A stretch of 64,000 nt of DNA from NCBI GenBank assembly GCA_965248835.1, contig CBDFLJ010000001.1, positions 1,632,001 through 1,696,000 on the forward strand, given 5' to 3'. The stretch comes from Alphaproteobacteria bacterium. Its GTDB lineage: Bacteria; Pseudomonadota; Alphaproteobacteria; MPNO01. The notes below the pieces were generated by a model. It was not told the DNA's origin and searched no databases. It saw nothing but the letters and a program-made list of their open reading frames with translations. Below, piece by piece: positions 1 through 8,842 of this stretch; the stretch's first letter is position 1; each line of letters starts with the position of its first letter. The translations under genes were made by a program, and so were the position numbers.

Positions 1-77
1 TCCTGGATCGCGGTGCTCGCCGTGTGGCTTGGACGTGCCCGCGACGCTGCGTTCTTTTTCTTCCGCCGGCGCACCAT
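1..77 (-). CDS. possible N-terminus of a gene running off the left edge (MVRRRKKKNAASRARPSHTASTAIQ...), product unknown
   Basis: ATG at 77 on the minus strand, G-rich upstream, frame open to the window edge; divergent from the DMT gene. Confidence 0.25.
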   Translation of the reverse strand, partial: MVRRRKKKNAASRARPSHTASTAIQ

Positions 78-157
78 ACCCGCCCCCAGGGGCACAGAAC
101 AACCGGCGACGATCCGCGAATTGACCGCACCGAACCCATGCGCCAAACAGGCGGTCC

Positions 158-1090
158 ATGCAGGAGCGAGACAGAAGCGGCACCCGAGCCACCCCGTCCG
201 CCGCGGCGGTCGTGTTGCTGTTCGCCGCCGGCGCGACGTTCGGCCTCGCGCCGTCGCTCGCGCGGACCGCGGTGACCGGCGGCATCCCGCCCATGGGCTA
301 CGTGTTCTGGATGGCAACCGGCGCGGCTGTCTTGAGCCTTCTCATCGCCCACGCGCGCGGGACTCGGCCACGGTTCGGCCGCGCGCATCTGCTGTACTAC
401 GTCTTTTCCGGCGCGACCCGGATCGTGTTCGGCGGTTTCGTGATGTACACGACCCTGGCTCACGTGCCCGCCGGGGTGGTCGCGATCGTGCTCGCCACCG
501 CGCCGTTGATGACCTACTTCGTCAGGTTGTTGCTCGGCCAGGAGCGCCTGATCGGCGGGCGTGCGCTCGGCATCTGCCTGGGCCTTGCCGGCGTCGGGTT
601 CCTGTTCGGCCCGAGCACCGCTCTGCCCGACCCCGCCGTGCTCGGCTGGCTCGCGTTCGCGTTCCTGGTGCCGGTGCTCTACACGGTCTCGAACCTCACC
701 ATCGAGCGGCTGCGCCCGCCGGATGAGGACTCGATCACCCTGACCGCCGGCATGCTGGTGAGCGTGGTCGTCCTCGCCGCCGCGCTCGCGTTGGCGACCG
801 GCCAGTTCCACCCGCTCTGGCGCACCGGGTTCGCGCTGCCGGAAGCGGCCATGTTCACTCACTCGGTAGCCATGGCCGGCGCGTTCCTCGGTCTCTACGA
901 AGTGGTGCGCCGCAGCGATGCGACCTTCGGCGGCCAGGTCTCCTACATTTCCACGATCTCGGGCATCGTCTTCGGCATGCTGCTGCTGGGCGAGCGCCCC
1001 AGCATCTGGGTCTGGGTCGCCGTCGCCTGCATCCTGGCCGGGGTCTACCAGGTCAGCCGCACGCCCAGCGTCGGGCGAACGCGCTTGTAA
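158..1090 (+). CDS. DMT/EamA family transporter
   Basis: 310 aa, about 10 hydrophobic segments in two EamA-like repeats (LLGQERL, LLLGERPS). Confidence 0.85.
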   Translation: MQERDRSGTRATPSAAAVVLLFAAGATFGLAPSLARTAVTGGIPPMGYVFWMATGAAVLSLLIAHARGTRPRFGRAHLLYYVFSGATRIVFGGFVMYTTLAHVPAGVVAIVLATAPLMTYFVRLLLGQERLIGGRALGICLGLAGVGFLFGPSTALPDPAVLGWLAFAFLVPVLYTVSNLTIERLRPPDEDSITLTAGMLVSVVVLAAALALATGQFHPLWRTGFALPEAAMFTHSVAMAGAFLGLYEVVRRSDATFGGQVSYISTISGIVFGMLLLGERPSIWVWVAVACILAGVYQVSRTPSVGRTRL

Positions 1091-1123
1091 CCTTTCCGCT
1101 TGCATGGCAGCCTGCCACTCCGT

Positions 1124-1200
1124 GGGCCCGTAGTTCAGCTGGTTAGAACGCACCGCTCATAACGGTGTTGTCGCAGGTTCGAGTCCTGCCGGGCCCACCA
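1124..1200 (+). tRNA. tRNA with CAT anticodon, probably tRNA-Ile2 (lysidine-modified); elongator Met not excluded
   Basis: GGGCCCG/CGGGCCC acceptor stem, D arm TAGTTCAGCTGGTTAGAAC, anticodon arm CACCG-CTCATAA-CGGTG, T loop GGTTCGAGTCC, encoded CCA; paired G1-C72 and no triple G-C anticodon stem, so not initiator. Confidence 0.95.
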
Positions 1201-1257
1201 CCCGATGCCGCATGGTGGGTGGCCGGAAATGGATGGGGATCTGAAGGCTCAAGCGCC

Positions 1258-1389
1258 GTGACGGTGGCCATCTTACTGGTCCTGGCCGGTATCCTGGTCG
1301 TCGTCGGGGTCCTGGTGATTGCCTATAAGCTGGTCAACCGGCTTCCCCACGATCATGACGGCCGGAATGACAGGGGAGGCACCTGCTGA
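1258..1389 (+). CDS. putative 43-aa single-pass membrane protein
   Basis: GTG start; MTVAILLVLAGILVVVGVLVIAYKLVNRLPHDHDGRNDRGGTC has one TM helix followed by basic residues. Confidence 0.45.
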   Translation: MTVAILLVLAGILVVVGVLVIAYKLVNRLPHDHDGRNDRGGTC

Positions 1390-1498
1390 GCCGGCTCGAC
1401 GCGGCAACTCTCGGCGCGGACGGCAAACTGTGCTTGGCTCGACGGGATATTCGGCTAAGGTGGCAGCGCTCGGCAACTAGCAAAAGGCTTCGACGGCA

Positions 1499-1612
1499 AT
1501 GTCAGATGCATCAGAAACCAACGACCTGAAATATGTCGGAATCGTCGCGACGATCATCGGCAGCGTCGTCCTGGTGCTGGGCCTGATCGGTATCCTGCTG
1601 ACCCTTTCCTGA
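1499..1612 (+). CDS. putative 37-aa single-pass membrane protein (not in ORF track)
   Basis: ATG1499..TGA1612 = MSDASETNDLKYVGIVATIIGSVVLVLGLIGILLTLS; GC3-rich codons in the TM part. Confidence 0.5.
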   Translation: MSDASETNDLKYVGIVATIIGSVVLVLGLIGILLTLS

Positions 1613-1635
1613 CCGCGGCCCTATCGTCCCGGACA

Positions 1636-1746
1636 CCGCTGCAGGCTCGAACCGCTTCGCGAATCGCTCTGCCCGGCTCCGGAAATGGGGCGGCGTCCAC
1701 AGGAATAGAACAACGGTGAGGATGATCGAGTCGGGCGCGCCCGTCG
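1636..1746 (-). pseudogene. remnant of heme O synthase (CtaB/CyoE)-like gene
   Basis: minus frame reads SIILTVVLFLWTPPHF, matching the conserved FLWTPPHF(W) motif; no full-length ORF. Confidence 0.5.
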
Positions 1747-1857
1747 GGCCCCTTGCGACAAGGCACCGCATGGGGTGCGGCGGATAGGCCCTAGACCCGA
1801 AAGGGGAGTTACTCTAGGGTTCCCTCCGGGAGATTTCAGCTTCAGGACGGGTCTGGG

Positions 1858-2733
1858 ATGATTGTTGCGATCGCGTTGATCCTCGTAGCCGTCGGGTCGG
1901 TGGTGTTTCACTTCATGAGCCCGTGGTGGTGGACCCCAATCGCGTCGAACTGGGGGTTCATCGACGCCACCATCATCATCACCTTCTGGATCACCGGCGT
2001 CGTCTTCATCGCCGTCATCCTGTTCATGGCGTTCTGCATCGTTAAGTACCGCTACCGCCCGGGCAACCGGGCGGTCTACGAGCCCGAGAACAAGAAGATG
2101 GAATGGTGGCTCACCGGTCTTACCACGGTGGGGGTTGCCGGGATGCTGGCGCCGGGGCTGATCGTGTGGCAGCAGTTCGTCACCGTCCCCGACGGCGCCT
2201 CCTCGATCGAGGTCGTCGGCCAGCAGTGGCAGTGGAGCTATCGCTTCCCCGGCAAGGACGGCAAGCTCGGCACCACCAACATCCGCAAGATCGACGGCGA
2301 CAATCCCTTCGGCATCAATCTGGACGACCCCGCCGGGCGTGACGACGTCCTGATCGAGGGCGATGACCTGCACATCCCGATGGGCAAGCCGATCAGGGTG
2401 CTGCTGCGCTCGATCGACGTCCTGCACGACTTCTACGTGCCGGAGTTCCGCGCCAAGATGGACATGGTTCCCGGCGCGATCACCTATTTCTGGTTCACGC
2501 CCATCCGGCCCGGCACGTTCGATATCCTCTGCTTCGAGCTGTGCGGGGTCGGCCACCATACCATGCGCAGCCAGGTCGTCGTCGAGGAGGAAGCCGCGTT
2601 CAACGACTGGCTGCAGGAACAAGAGACGTTTGCCCAGACGTTGGCGCGCGCCGGCAAACCGCCGGGCGAGACCCGGCAGCTCCTCGCGCGCAAAGCCGGG
2701 GGAGACCCTGCTGCGGAACCGACCGCGCAATGA
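1858..2733 (+). CDS. coxM: cytochrome c oxidase subunit II (CoxM-like)
   Basis: TM helices, GQQWQWSY, DVLHDF and CuA motif CFELCGVGHHTM. Confidence 0.93.
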   Translation: MIVAIALILVAVGSVVFHFMSPWWWTPIASNWGFIDATIIITFWITGVVFIAVILFMAFCIVKYRYRPGNRAVYEPENKKMEWWLTGLTTVGVAGMLAPGLIVWQQFVTVPDGASSIEVVGQQWQWSYRFPGKDGKLGTTNIRKIDGDNPFGINLDDPAGRDDVLIEGDDLHIPMGKPIRVLLRSIDVLHDFYVPEFRAKMDMVPGAITYFWFTPIRPGTFDILCFELCGVGHHTMRSQVVVEEEAAFNDWLQEQETFAQTLARAGKPPGETRQLLARKAGGDPAAEPTAQ

Positions 2734-2782
2734 AACATCGAGCGACCGAGACACAGGAACTTGAATCGAAGAGGCTGTTCTG

Positions 2783-4570
2783 ATGGCTGATGTCGCACCT
2801 GCCCATCCTGCTTATGTTCCGCCGGCCGAAACAGAGGACGTCGAGCTCTACCACCCCAAGAGCTGGGTCACGCGGTGGGTCTTCTGCCAGGACGCAAAGG
2901 TCATCGCGATCCAGTACTCGGTGACCGCGATCTCGATCGGACTGGTCGCGCTCGTGCTGTCCTGGATGATGAGACTGCAGCTCGGGTTCCCGGAGTCGAT
3001 GACCTTCTTCGAGGCCTCGGACTACTACCAGTTCATCACCATGCACGGCATGATCATGGTGATCTACCTGCTGACCGCGCTGTTCCTTGGAGGGTTCGGC
3101 AACTACCTGATTCCGCTGATGGTCGGCGCACGGGACATGGTCTTTCCCTACGTCAACATGATCAGCTATTGGGTCTATCTGCTGGCCGTCCTGGTCCTGG
3201 TCGCGAGCTTCTTCGTGCCCGGCGGGCCGACCGGCGCCGGCTGGACGCTGTATCCGCCGCAAGCCATCCTCGAAGGCACGCCGGGGGCCGAGGCCGGCAT
3301 CATCCTGATGACCGTCTCGCTTGCCCTGTTCATCGCCGGTTTCACCATGGGCGGGCTGAACTACGTGGTCACCGTCCTGCAGGCCCGCACCCGCGGGATG
3401 TCGCTGATGCGCATGCCGCTGACGATCTGGGGCATCTTCACCGCCACCATCCTGGCGCTGCTGGCTTTCCCCGCGCTGTTCGTCGGCGCGGTGATGATGA
3501 CGCTGGACAGCGTGCTCGGGACCAGCTTCTTCATGCCGGTGATCGTCTCCCAGGGCGAACTGCTCAGCTATGACGGCGGCAGCCCGCTGCTGTTCCAGCA
3601 CCTGTTCTGGTTCTTCGGCCATCCGGAGGTCTACATCGTCGCCCTGCCCGGGTTCGGGATCGTCTCGGACCTGCTGAGCACCCACGCCCGCCGGAACATC
3701 TTCGGCTATCGGATGATGGTCTGGGCGATCGTCGCCATCGGCGGGCTGAGCTTCGTGGTGTGGGCGCACCACATGTATGTCAGCGGCATGAACCCCTATT
3801 TCGGGTTCTTCTTCGCCACCACCACGCTGATCATTGCCGTGCCCACCGCGCTCAAGGTCTACAACTGGACCCTGACATTGTGGAAGGGCAACATCCACCT
3901 GACCCTGCCGATGCTGTTCTCGCTCGCGTTCATCGTCACCTTCGTCAACGGCGGGATCACCGGGCTGTTCCTCGGCAACGTGGTCGTCGACGTGCCGCTG
4001 TCGGACACCATGTTCGTGGTCGCTCATTTCCACATGGTGATGGGCGTGGCGCCGATCCTGGTGATCTTCGGGGCGATCTATCACTGGTACCCGCTGATGA
4101 CCGGGCGCATGCTGCACCAAGGGATGGGTCTGTTCCACTTCTGGGTGACATTCCTGGGCGCCTACGCGATTTTCCTGCCGCTGCACTATCTCGGCTTTCT
4201 GGGCGTGCCGCGGCGCTATTTCGAGATGGGCGAAACCACGTTCATCCCGCCATCGGCCGATGACCTGAACGCCTTCGTCAGCGTGATCGCACTGGTCGTG
4301 GGCGTCGCCCAGATCGTGTTCATCTTCAACATCATCTGGAGCATCTACAAAGGAAAGCTGGCGGAACGGAACCCCTGGCGGGCGACCACGCTGGAGTGGC
4401 AGACGCCCGAAATGCCGCCGGGGCACGGCAATTTCGGCGAGTCACTGCCGCTGGTCTATCGCTGGGCGTACGACTACAGCGTGCCGGGTGCGGCGGAGGA
4501 CTTCATCCCGCAAAACGTCCCGCCCGACCGGGTCCAGACGGTGGGGGCCTCGGGGGCCTCGGGGGCCTAG
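2783..4570 (+). CDS. coxN: heme-copper oxidase subunit I, A1 type (CoxN-like)
   Basis: ITMHG, WFFGHPEVY, WAHHM and AHFH ligand motifs; RDMVFP D-channel entry. Confidence 0.96.
   Translation: MADVAPAHPAYVPPAETEDVELYHPKSWVTRWVFCQDAKVIAIQYSVTAISIGLVALVLSWMMRLQLGFPESMTFFEASDYYQFITMHGMIMVIYLLTALFLGGFGNYLIPLMVGARDMVFPYVNMISYWVYLLAVLVLVASFFVPGGPTGAGWTLYPPQAILEGTPGAEAGIILMTVSLALFIAGFTMGGLNYVVTVLQARTRGMSLMRMPLTIWGIFTATILALLAFPALFVGAVMMTLDSVLGTSFFMPVIVSQGELLSYDGGSPLLFQHLFWFFGHPEVYIVALPGFGIVSDLLSTHARRNIFGYRMMVWAIVAIGGLSFVVWAHHMYVSGMNPYFGFFFATTTLIIAVPTALKVYNWTLTLWKGNIHLTLPMLFSLAFIVTFVNGGITGLFLGNVVVDVPLSDTMFVVAHFHMVMGVAPILVIFGAIYHWYPLMTGRMLHQGMGLFHFWVTFLGAYAIFLPLHYLGFLGVPRRYFEMGETTFIPPSADDLNAFVSVIALVVGVAQIVFIFNIIWSIYKGKLAERNPWRATTLEWQTPEMPPGHGNFGESLPLVYRWAYDYSVPGAAEDFIPQNVPPDRVQTVGASGASGA
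4543..4569 (+). repeat. in-frame 9-bp tandem repeat x3 (GGGGGCCTC) at the end of subunit I
   Basis: GGGGGCCTC GGGGGCCTC GGGGGCCTA encodes GASGASGA and runs into the stop. Confidence 0.8.
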
Positions 4571-4572
4571 CG

Positions 4573-5190
4573 ATGGATATCATCCACGAGCTGACCAGGA
4601 AACCCTGGCTCGCGGAGCCGGGCAATCCTACCGATCGGCACCCCGGCCAGTCCTATTCGCTTTCCGTGGAGAAGCTCGGCCTGCGGGTGTTCCTTGCCGT
4701 GGTCACGGTGCTGTTCTCGCTGGCGGTCATCGTCTACGGCGACCGGATGGCGCTCGACGACTGGCGGCCGACGCCCGAGCCCTGGCTGCTGTGGGTGAAC
4801 TCCGCGCTGCTGGTGCTGGCCAGCGTGACGTTCCAGTGGGCGCTGAACAGCGCGCGGCGCGGCCAGATCGAGGGCCTCCGCAACGGGCTCTATGCCGCCG
4901 GTGTGAGCAGCTTCGCCTTCCTCGTCGGTCAGCTTTGGGTCGGCCAGCAACTGGCCGTCCTCGGCTATTACGCCGACACCAGCCCCTCGCTCGCGTTCTT
5001 CTACCTGCTGACCGGTCTGCACGGGCTGCATCTGCTGGGCGGCCTGGTCGCGTGGGGCCGGACCGCGATCAAGATGTGGCGCGGCATGGAGCCGGCCCGG
5101 CTTTTGCCGAGCATCGAGCTGTGCGCGATCTACTGGCACTACATGCTCGCGCTGTGGGTGGTCCTGTTCAGTTTGCTGGTGCTGACGTAA
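4573..5190 (+). CDS. coxO: cytochrome c oxidase subunit III-like (CoxO-like)
   Basis: FFYLLTGLHGLHLLGG and YWHY motifs; ATG 2 nt after the subunit I stop. Confidence 0.88.
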   Translation: MDIIHELTRKPWLAEPGNPTDRHPGQSYSLSVEKLGLRVFLAVVTVLFSLAVIVYGDRMALDDWRPTPEPWLLWVNSALLVLASVTFQWALNSARRGQIEGLRNGLYAAGVSSFAFLVGQLWVGQQLAVLGYYADTSPSLAFFYLLTGLHGLHLLGGLVAWGRTAIKMWRGMEPARLLPSIELCAIYWHYMLALWVVLFSLLVLT

Positions 5191-5206
5191 GGGAGACTGG
5201 GAGCCA

Positions 5207-5935
5207 ATGGCAGAGTCTACGCTGAGCGGTACGGCCGGTAGCGTATCGCGGCCCGACGGGTGGGAAGGCATCGTCGCCGACTGGTCCTCCGACCAGAGGA
5301 CGTTCAAGAACGTCCCCTGGGGCAAGGCGATGATGTGGATCTTCCTGCTCAGCGACACGTTCATCTTCAGCTGTTTCCTGCTTTCCTACATGACGGTGCG
5401 GATGTCCACGACCGTGCCGTGGCCCAATCCGAGCGAGGTCTTCGCGCTGAACTTCGGCGGCAGCGAGCCGATCCCGCTGATCCTGATCGCGATCATGACC
5501 TTCATCCTGATCAGCAGCAGCGGGACGATGGCCATGGCGGTCAATTGCGGCTACCGAAAGGACCGCAAGAAGACGGCGATCCTGATGCTGTTGACCGCTC
5601 TGCTTGGCGCGTCATTCGTCGGCATGCAAGCGTTCGAATGGACCAAGCTGATCGTCGAGGAGGGCGTGCGCCCCTGGGGCAACCCGATGGGTGCAGCGCA
5701 GTTCGGCTCGACCTTCTTCATGATCACCGGCTTCCACGGCTTCCACGTCTCGGTCGGGGTGCTGTTCCTGATCATTGTCGCGCGGAAGGTCTGGCGTGGC
5801 GAGTATGACCACGAACGGCCGGGGTTCTTCACCGCCAGGAAGGGAAATTACGAGCATGTCGAGACGATGGGCCTCTACTGGCACTTCGTCGACCTCGTGT
5901 GGGTTTTCATCTTCGCGCTGTTTTATCTCTGGTAG
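5207..5935 (+). CDS. coxP: cytochrome c oxidase subunit III-like (CoxP-like)
   Basis: MWIFLLSD, FFMITGFHGFHV and GLYWHFVDLVW motifs. Confidence 0.9.
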   Translation: MAESTLSGTAGSVSRPDGWEGIVADWSSDQRTFKNVPWGKAMMWIFLLSDTFIFSCFLLSYMTVRMSTTVPWPNPSEVFALNFGGSEPIPLILIAIMTFILISSSGTMAMAVNCGYRKDRKKTAILMLLTALLGASFVGMQAFEWTKLIVEEGVRPWGNPMGAAQFGSTFFMITGFHGFHVSVGVLFLIIVARKVWRGEYDHERPGFFTARKGNYEHVETMGLYWHFVDLVWVFIFALFYLW

Positions 5936-5944
5936 GGACTCGCC

Positions 5945-6268
5945 ATGGCACAGGTAGAAGGCCAACAACATCCGATCGGCGTCTATCTCAAGATCTGGGG
6001 ATTGCTGTTCGTCCTCAGCTTGGGGTCCTATCTCGTCGACTACTACCACCTCGAAGGCGCGCTCAGGTGGACCCTGATCCTGGTGTTCATGATTATGAAG
6101 GCGGGGCTGATCGTGGCTGTGTTCATGCACATGATGTGGGAGCGGCTGGCGCTGTTGTACGCCATCACGGTGCCGCCGCTGCTGGTGCTGGTCTTCGTGC
6201 TGATCATGGCGCTGGAATCCGACTACACGTTCATCACCCGGCTGACGTTCTTCAATTTCGGGACCTGA
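5945..6268 (+). CDS. cytochrome c oxidase subunit IV family protein
   Basis: 107 aa, 3 TM, KAGLIVAVFMHM motif; last gene of the cox operon. Confidence 0.85.
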   Translation: MAQVEGQQHPIGVYLKIWGLLFVLSLGSYLVDYYHLEGALRWTLILVFMIMKAGLIVAVFMHMMWERLALLYAITVPPLLVLVFVLIMALESDYTFITRLTFFNFGT

Positions 6269-6388
6269 CGTTCCGGGACCGGTCCGGGCGGGCTCGCCTC
6301 GCCATACGCCGGACCTGTACCCGGCGGCCGATTCGGTTAGCATCGACCATCGGCGGCCCGTGGATCGGTCGGCTTTGAGGGCGTCTGG

Positions 6389-6625
6389 ATGAAGTTCTCC
6401 GTCATGAGCCCGGCGCGGCGATCGGTCCTGATCGCGGTCCTTTGCGGCATGATGGCCGCTTCCTATCTCCACGACAGGGGCACGGTCGACCTGGGCTTCG
6501 GGTTCCCGCCGGGCGGCTTCATGGAAGGCGCGCTGACGGCGCTGATCGGCGGCGCGGTCGGCTTCGCGGTGCTGCTGGTCTTCCGCCTGCTGCGGCGGCT
6601 TGGGAGCCGCGCCGAAGAGCCGTGA
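6389..6625 (+). CDS. small hypothetical membrane protein (2 TM)
   Basis: 78 aa with two hydrophobic segments; GAGGG upstream. Confidence 0.55.
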   Translation: MKFSVMSPARRSVLIAVLCGMMAASYLHDRGTVDLGFGFPPGGFMEGALTALIGGAVGFAVLLVFRLLRRLGSRAEEP

Positions 6626-6632
6626 CCGGGTC

Positions 6633-8459
6633 TCAGGGCTCGATCACGCGATAGGTGAGCGAAGCCTTCGTCAGGCTCTTGTTGAACCACATCAGGCAGT
6701 ACCTGCGCGCCAGGGGCGCGACGAAGCGGGTGGCGGGCGCGTCGCCTGCGCTTCGCATGACCAGGAAGCGGGTCGTCAACCCGTCATGGTAATGGATGTC
6801 GAACGTGATCGGCCGGTCGGCGCGGAAGTCATAGACGATCTCGCCTTGCGGGCCGAGGTCGACGCAGCGCTCGCGGAACTCGAACGGCGCCAGCGGCACC
6901 GTGCCCTTCGCCGCGGCAAGGACGCTGAGGCTGGGGCTGCCGACGATCGGCTGGGAGAGGATCCAAAGGCTCGCCATCGTGTAGCCCACCATCAGCACCA
7001 GAAACGGGTATTGGCTCCTGAGCGCCGCAGTCTCCGTCGCGAACGCCCGCAGGGCGGCGAAATGGGCGATGCCGACGGCGATGACATGGCCGAGGACGAT
7101 GGTGATCACCGCGGTGAACCAGACGAACCTTGCCCCGATCACGCCGATATCGACCCGGTAGCCCGCGGTGCCGAGCAGGTTCCAGCCGAACCCGAACGGA
7201 TCTGAGGCGAGCGGGATGATGAACTGTCCGGCGATCAGCAGGTAGGACAGGTAGTGCGCCAGATGGTAGGCAATGGCGATCGGCACGAGCGAGAAGACGA
7301 ACAGCCCGGCAATGTCGCCGACCGGCCGCCGATCGCCCGCGGCCCGCCCGGTCAGCCAGGAGAATCCCAGGAAGACCGCGAGGAAGATCAGCGGGAACGA
7401 TAGGAGCATCGCAGTCTCGAGCGCGACGTGAAAGTCGAGTCCCGCGTCATGGACGGTGCGGATGATCGCATGGAAGGCGGGCGACCGGGCGATCCACTGC
7501 AGGAGATCGCCCCAGAGCGGCGTCTCCTTGAACCCGTCGAAGGTCACCGTCGACAGCATCACGATGATGAACGCCGTGACGGAGAACCGGCACGGCTCGG
7601 CCACGATCAGCGCGCTGGCGTATGGCCGCAGGTGCGCCCGGCGGGGACGGAGGTCGGGGAAGCCGCCGCGCTGGCCGCCGATCGGTGCGAACCGCCCGAA
7701 CACTTCGAAGGCGAGCGAGAAGGCTTCGCCGTGGGCAAGCCAGACGGCGCGCCCGAACGCCGCCATGCCGAGCCAGGTGATGCCGGAATAGATCAGCACC
7801 GCCAGCGCGAGCGTTGCCGGCTCCTTCGCGGTCTCCGAGATCAGCTCGAACCAGGCGAACAGCACGAAGAGCACGACCGCCGGCCAGGCGCCCAGCCAGG
7901 AGGGGTAGGCGAGCCCCAGGACCGGGCGTTCTTCGGATTCCGGGCGCCGCGCCAGGCGCTCGACCACCAAAAAAACGGCGGACCACGGATTGATCGCCGG
8001 CCACGGGTTGCCCACCAGGGCCGCGACATAGGCAAGCCCGACCCACCAGATGATCCAGACGAAGGTCGGTGCGAAGTTTCCCGTCGTCTTGGCGGTGCCG
8101 AACAGCCCGGCGGCGACCACCAGTACCAGCAGGCCGACAGAGACCGCCCTCACCACCGCGGTCGCCGCCGGGTTCATGAGGGCGCGCAGCAATCCGATCT
8201 CGGCCAGATCGGTCCATCGCGCGGCGGTGCGTGCGTCCTCGCCACGGAACGCATAGGCCATGATCACGAAGGACAGCGCGACCGCCGCGCCGGCGCCGAT
8301 CAGGTAGAAGTGGAGCGGCAACGGCAGGTCATAGCGCGCGCCGAAGGCGTGCGCGGCAGCCGGCGTCACCGCGAAGCTCAGAATCGATGCGCCGCCGCCC
8401 AGCACAGCCGCCGCTCGGCCGATGCTGAGGCGGAACAACCTAGCGGGGATAGACTTCAA
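6633..8459 (-). CDS. polytopic membrane protein (HAFGARYDLPLP family) with C-terminal soluble His/Cys domain
   Basis: signal-like N-terminus ending AAA-H; many TM segments (PIAIAYHLAHY, IVLGHVIAV); C-terminal FDIHYH...YCLMWFN domain; TTG start uncertain. Confidence 0.75.
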   Translation of the reverse strand: MKSIPARLFRLSIGRAAAVLGGGASILSFAVTPAAAHAFGARYDLPLPLHFYLIGAGAAVALSFVIMAYAFRGEDARTAARWTDLAEIGLLRALMNPAATAVVRAVSVGLLVLVVAAGLFGTAKTTGNFAPTFVWIIWWVGLAYVAALVGNPWPAINPWSAVFLVVERLARRPESEERPVLGLAYPSWLGAWPAVVLFVLFAWFELISETAKEPATLALAVLIYSGITWLGMAAFGRAVWLAHGEAFSLAFEVFGRFAPIGGQRGGFPDLRPRRAHLRPYASALIVAEPCRFSVTAFIIVMLSTVTFDGFKETPLWGDLLQWIARSPAFHAIIRTVHDAGLDFHVALETAMLLSFPLIFLAVFLGFSWLTGRAAGDRRPVGDIAGLFVFSLVPIAIAYHLAHYLSYLLIAGQFIIPLASDPFGFGWNLLGTAGYRVDIGVIGARFVWFTAVITIVLGHVIAVGIAHFAALRAFATETAALRSQYPFLVLMVGYTMASLWILSQPIVGSPSLSVLAAAKGTVPLAPFEFRERCVDLGPQGEIVYDFRADRPITFDIHYHDGLTTRFLVMRSAGDAPATRFVAPLARRYCLMWFNKSLTKASLTYRVIEP

Positions 8460-8826
8460 GATAGGTCAGCGCGTGATGTCCGTGGCCGTCCGCGCCCCAG
8501 CCGTGACTGGTGATCGGGAATCGGCCGGTCGCGTAGGCGGTCAAGGACATCGCCGCCGGCTCGCCGGGGCGTAGCTGGAGCAGCTTGTCGTAGCCGTGGA
8601 GGTGAACCTCCACCGCTTCGTCGCTGATCCAGCGCAGCTCGATCATATCCTTTGCGAGGATCCGGATCGCCCCGGCGGGCGCGACCACCTTTCGGTTCTC
8701 GATGCGGATCTCGATCACCTTCTTCGGGCCGCTCTGCGCCGCCGCCGGCCGGATCGCAACAGACGGCATCAGCGCGCTTGCCGCAAGCCCGACGAGCAGA
8801 GTCCTTCGGTGAACGGTCCTCGTCAT
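8440..8826 (-). CDS. Tat-exported cupredoxin-like protein
   Basis: HRRTLL twin-Arg signal; EVHLHGYD and GRFPITSHGWGADGHGHH, cupredoxin-like with a His-rich loop. Confidence 0.7.
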   Translation of the reverse strand: MTRTVHRRTLLVGLAASALMPSVAIRPAAAQSGPKKVIEIRIENRKVVAPAGAIRILAKDMIELRWISDEAVEVHLHGYDKLLQLRPGEPAAMSLTAYATGRFPITSHGWGADGHGHHALTYLEVYPR

Positions 8827-8842
8827 CGGCCGGGTGCACCGC

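Noticed and set aside
1124-1257. tRNA as integration site of a prophage or genomic island
   Set aside because: No integrase nearby, and I found no duplicated tRNA 3' end by eye
6633-8459. Hydrolase function for the HAFGARYDLPLP membrane protein
   Set aside because: Similar proteins are sometimes labelled fenitrothion hydrolase (recall), but no hydrolase motif is visible in this polytopic protein
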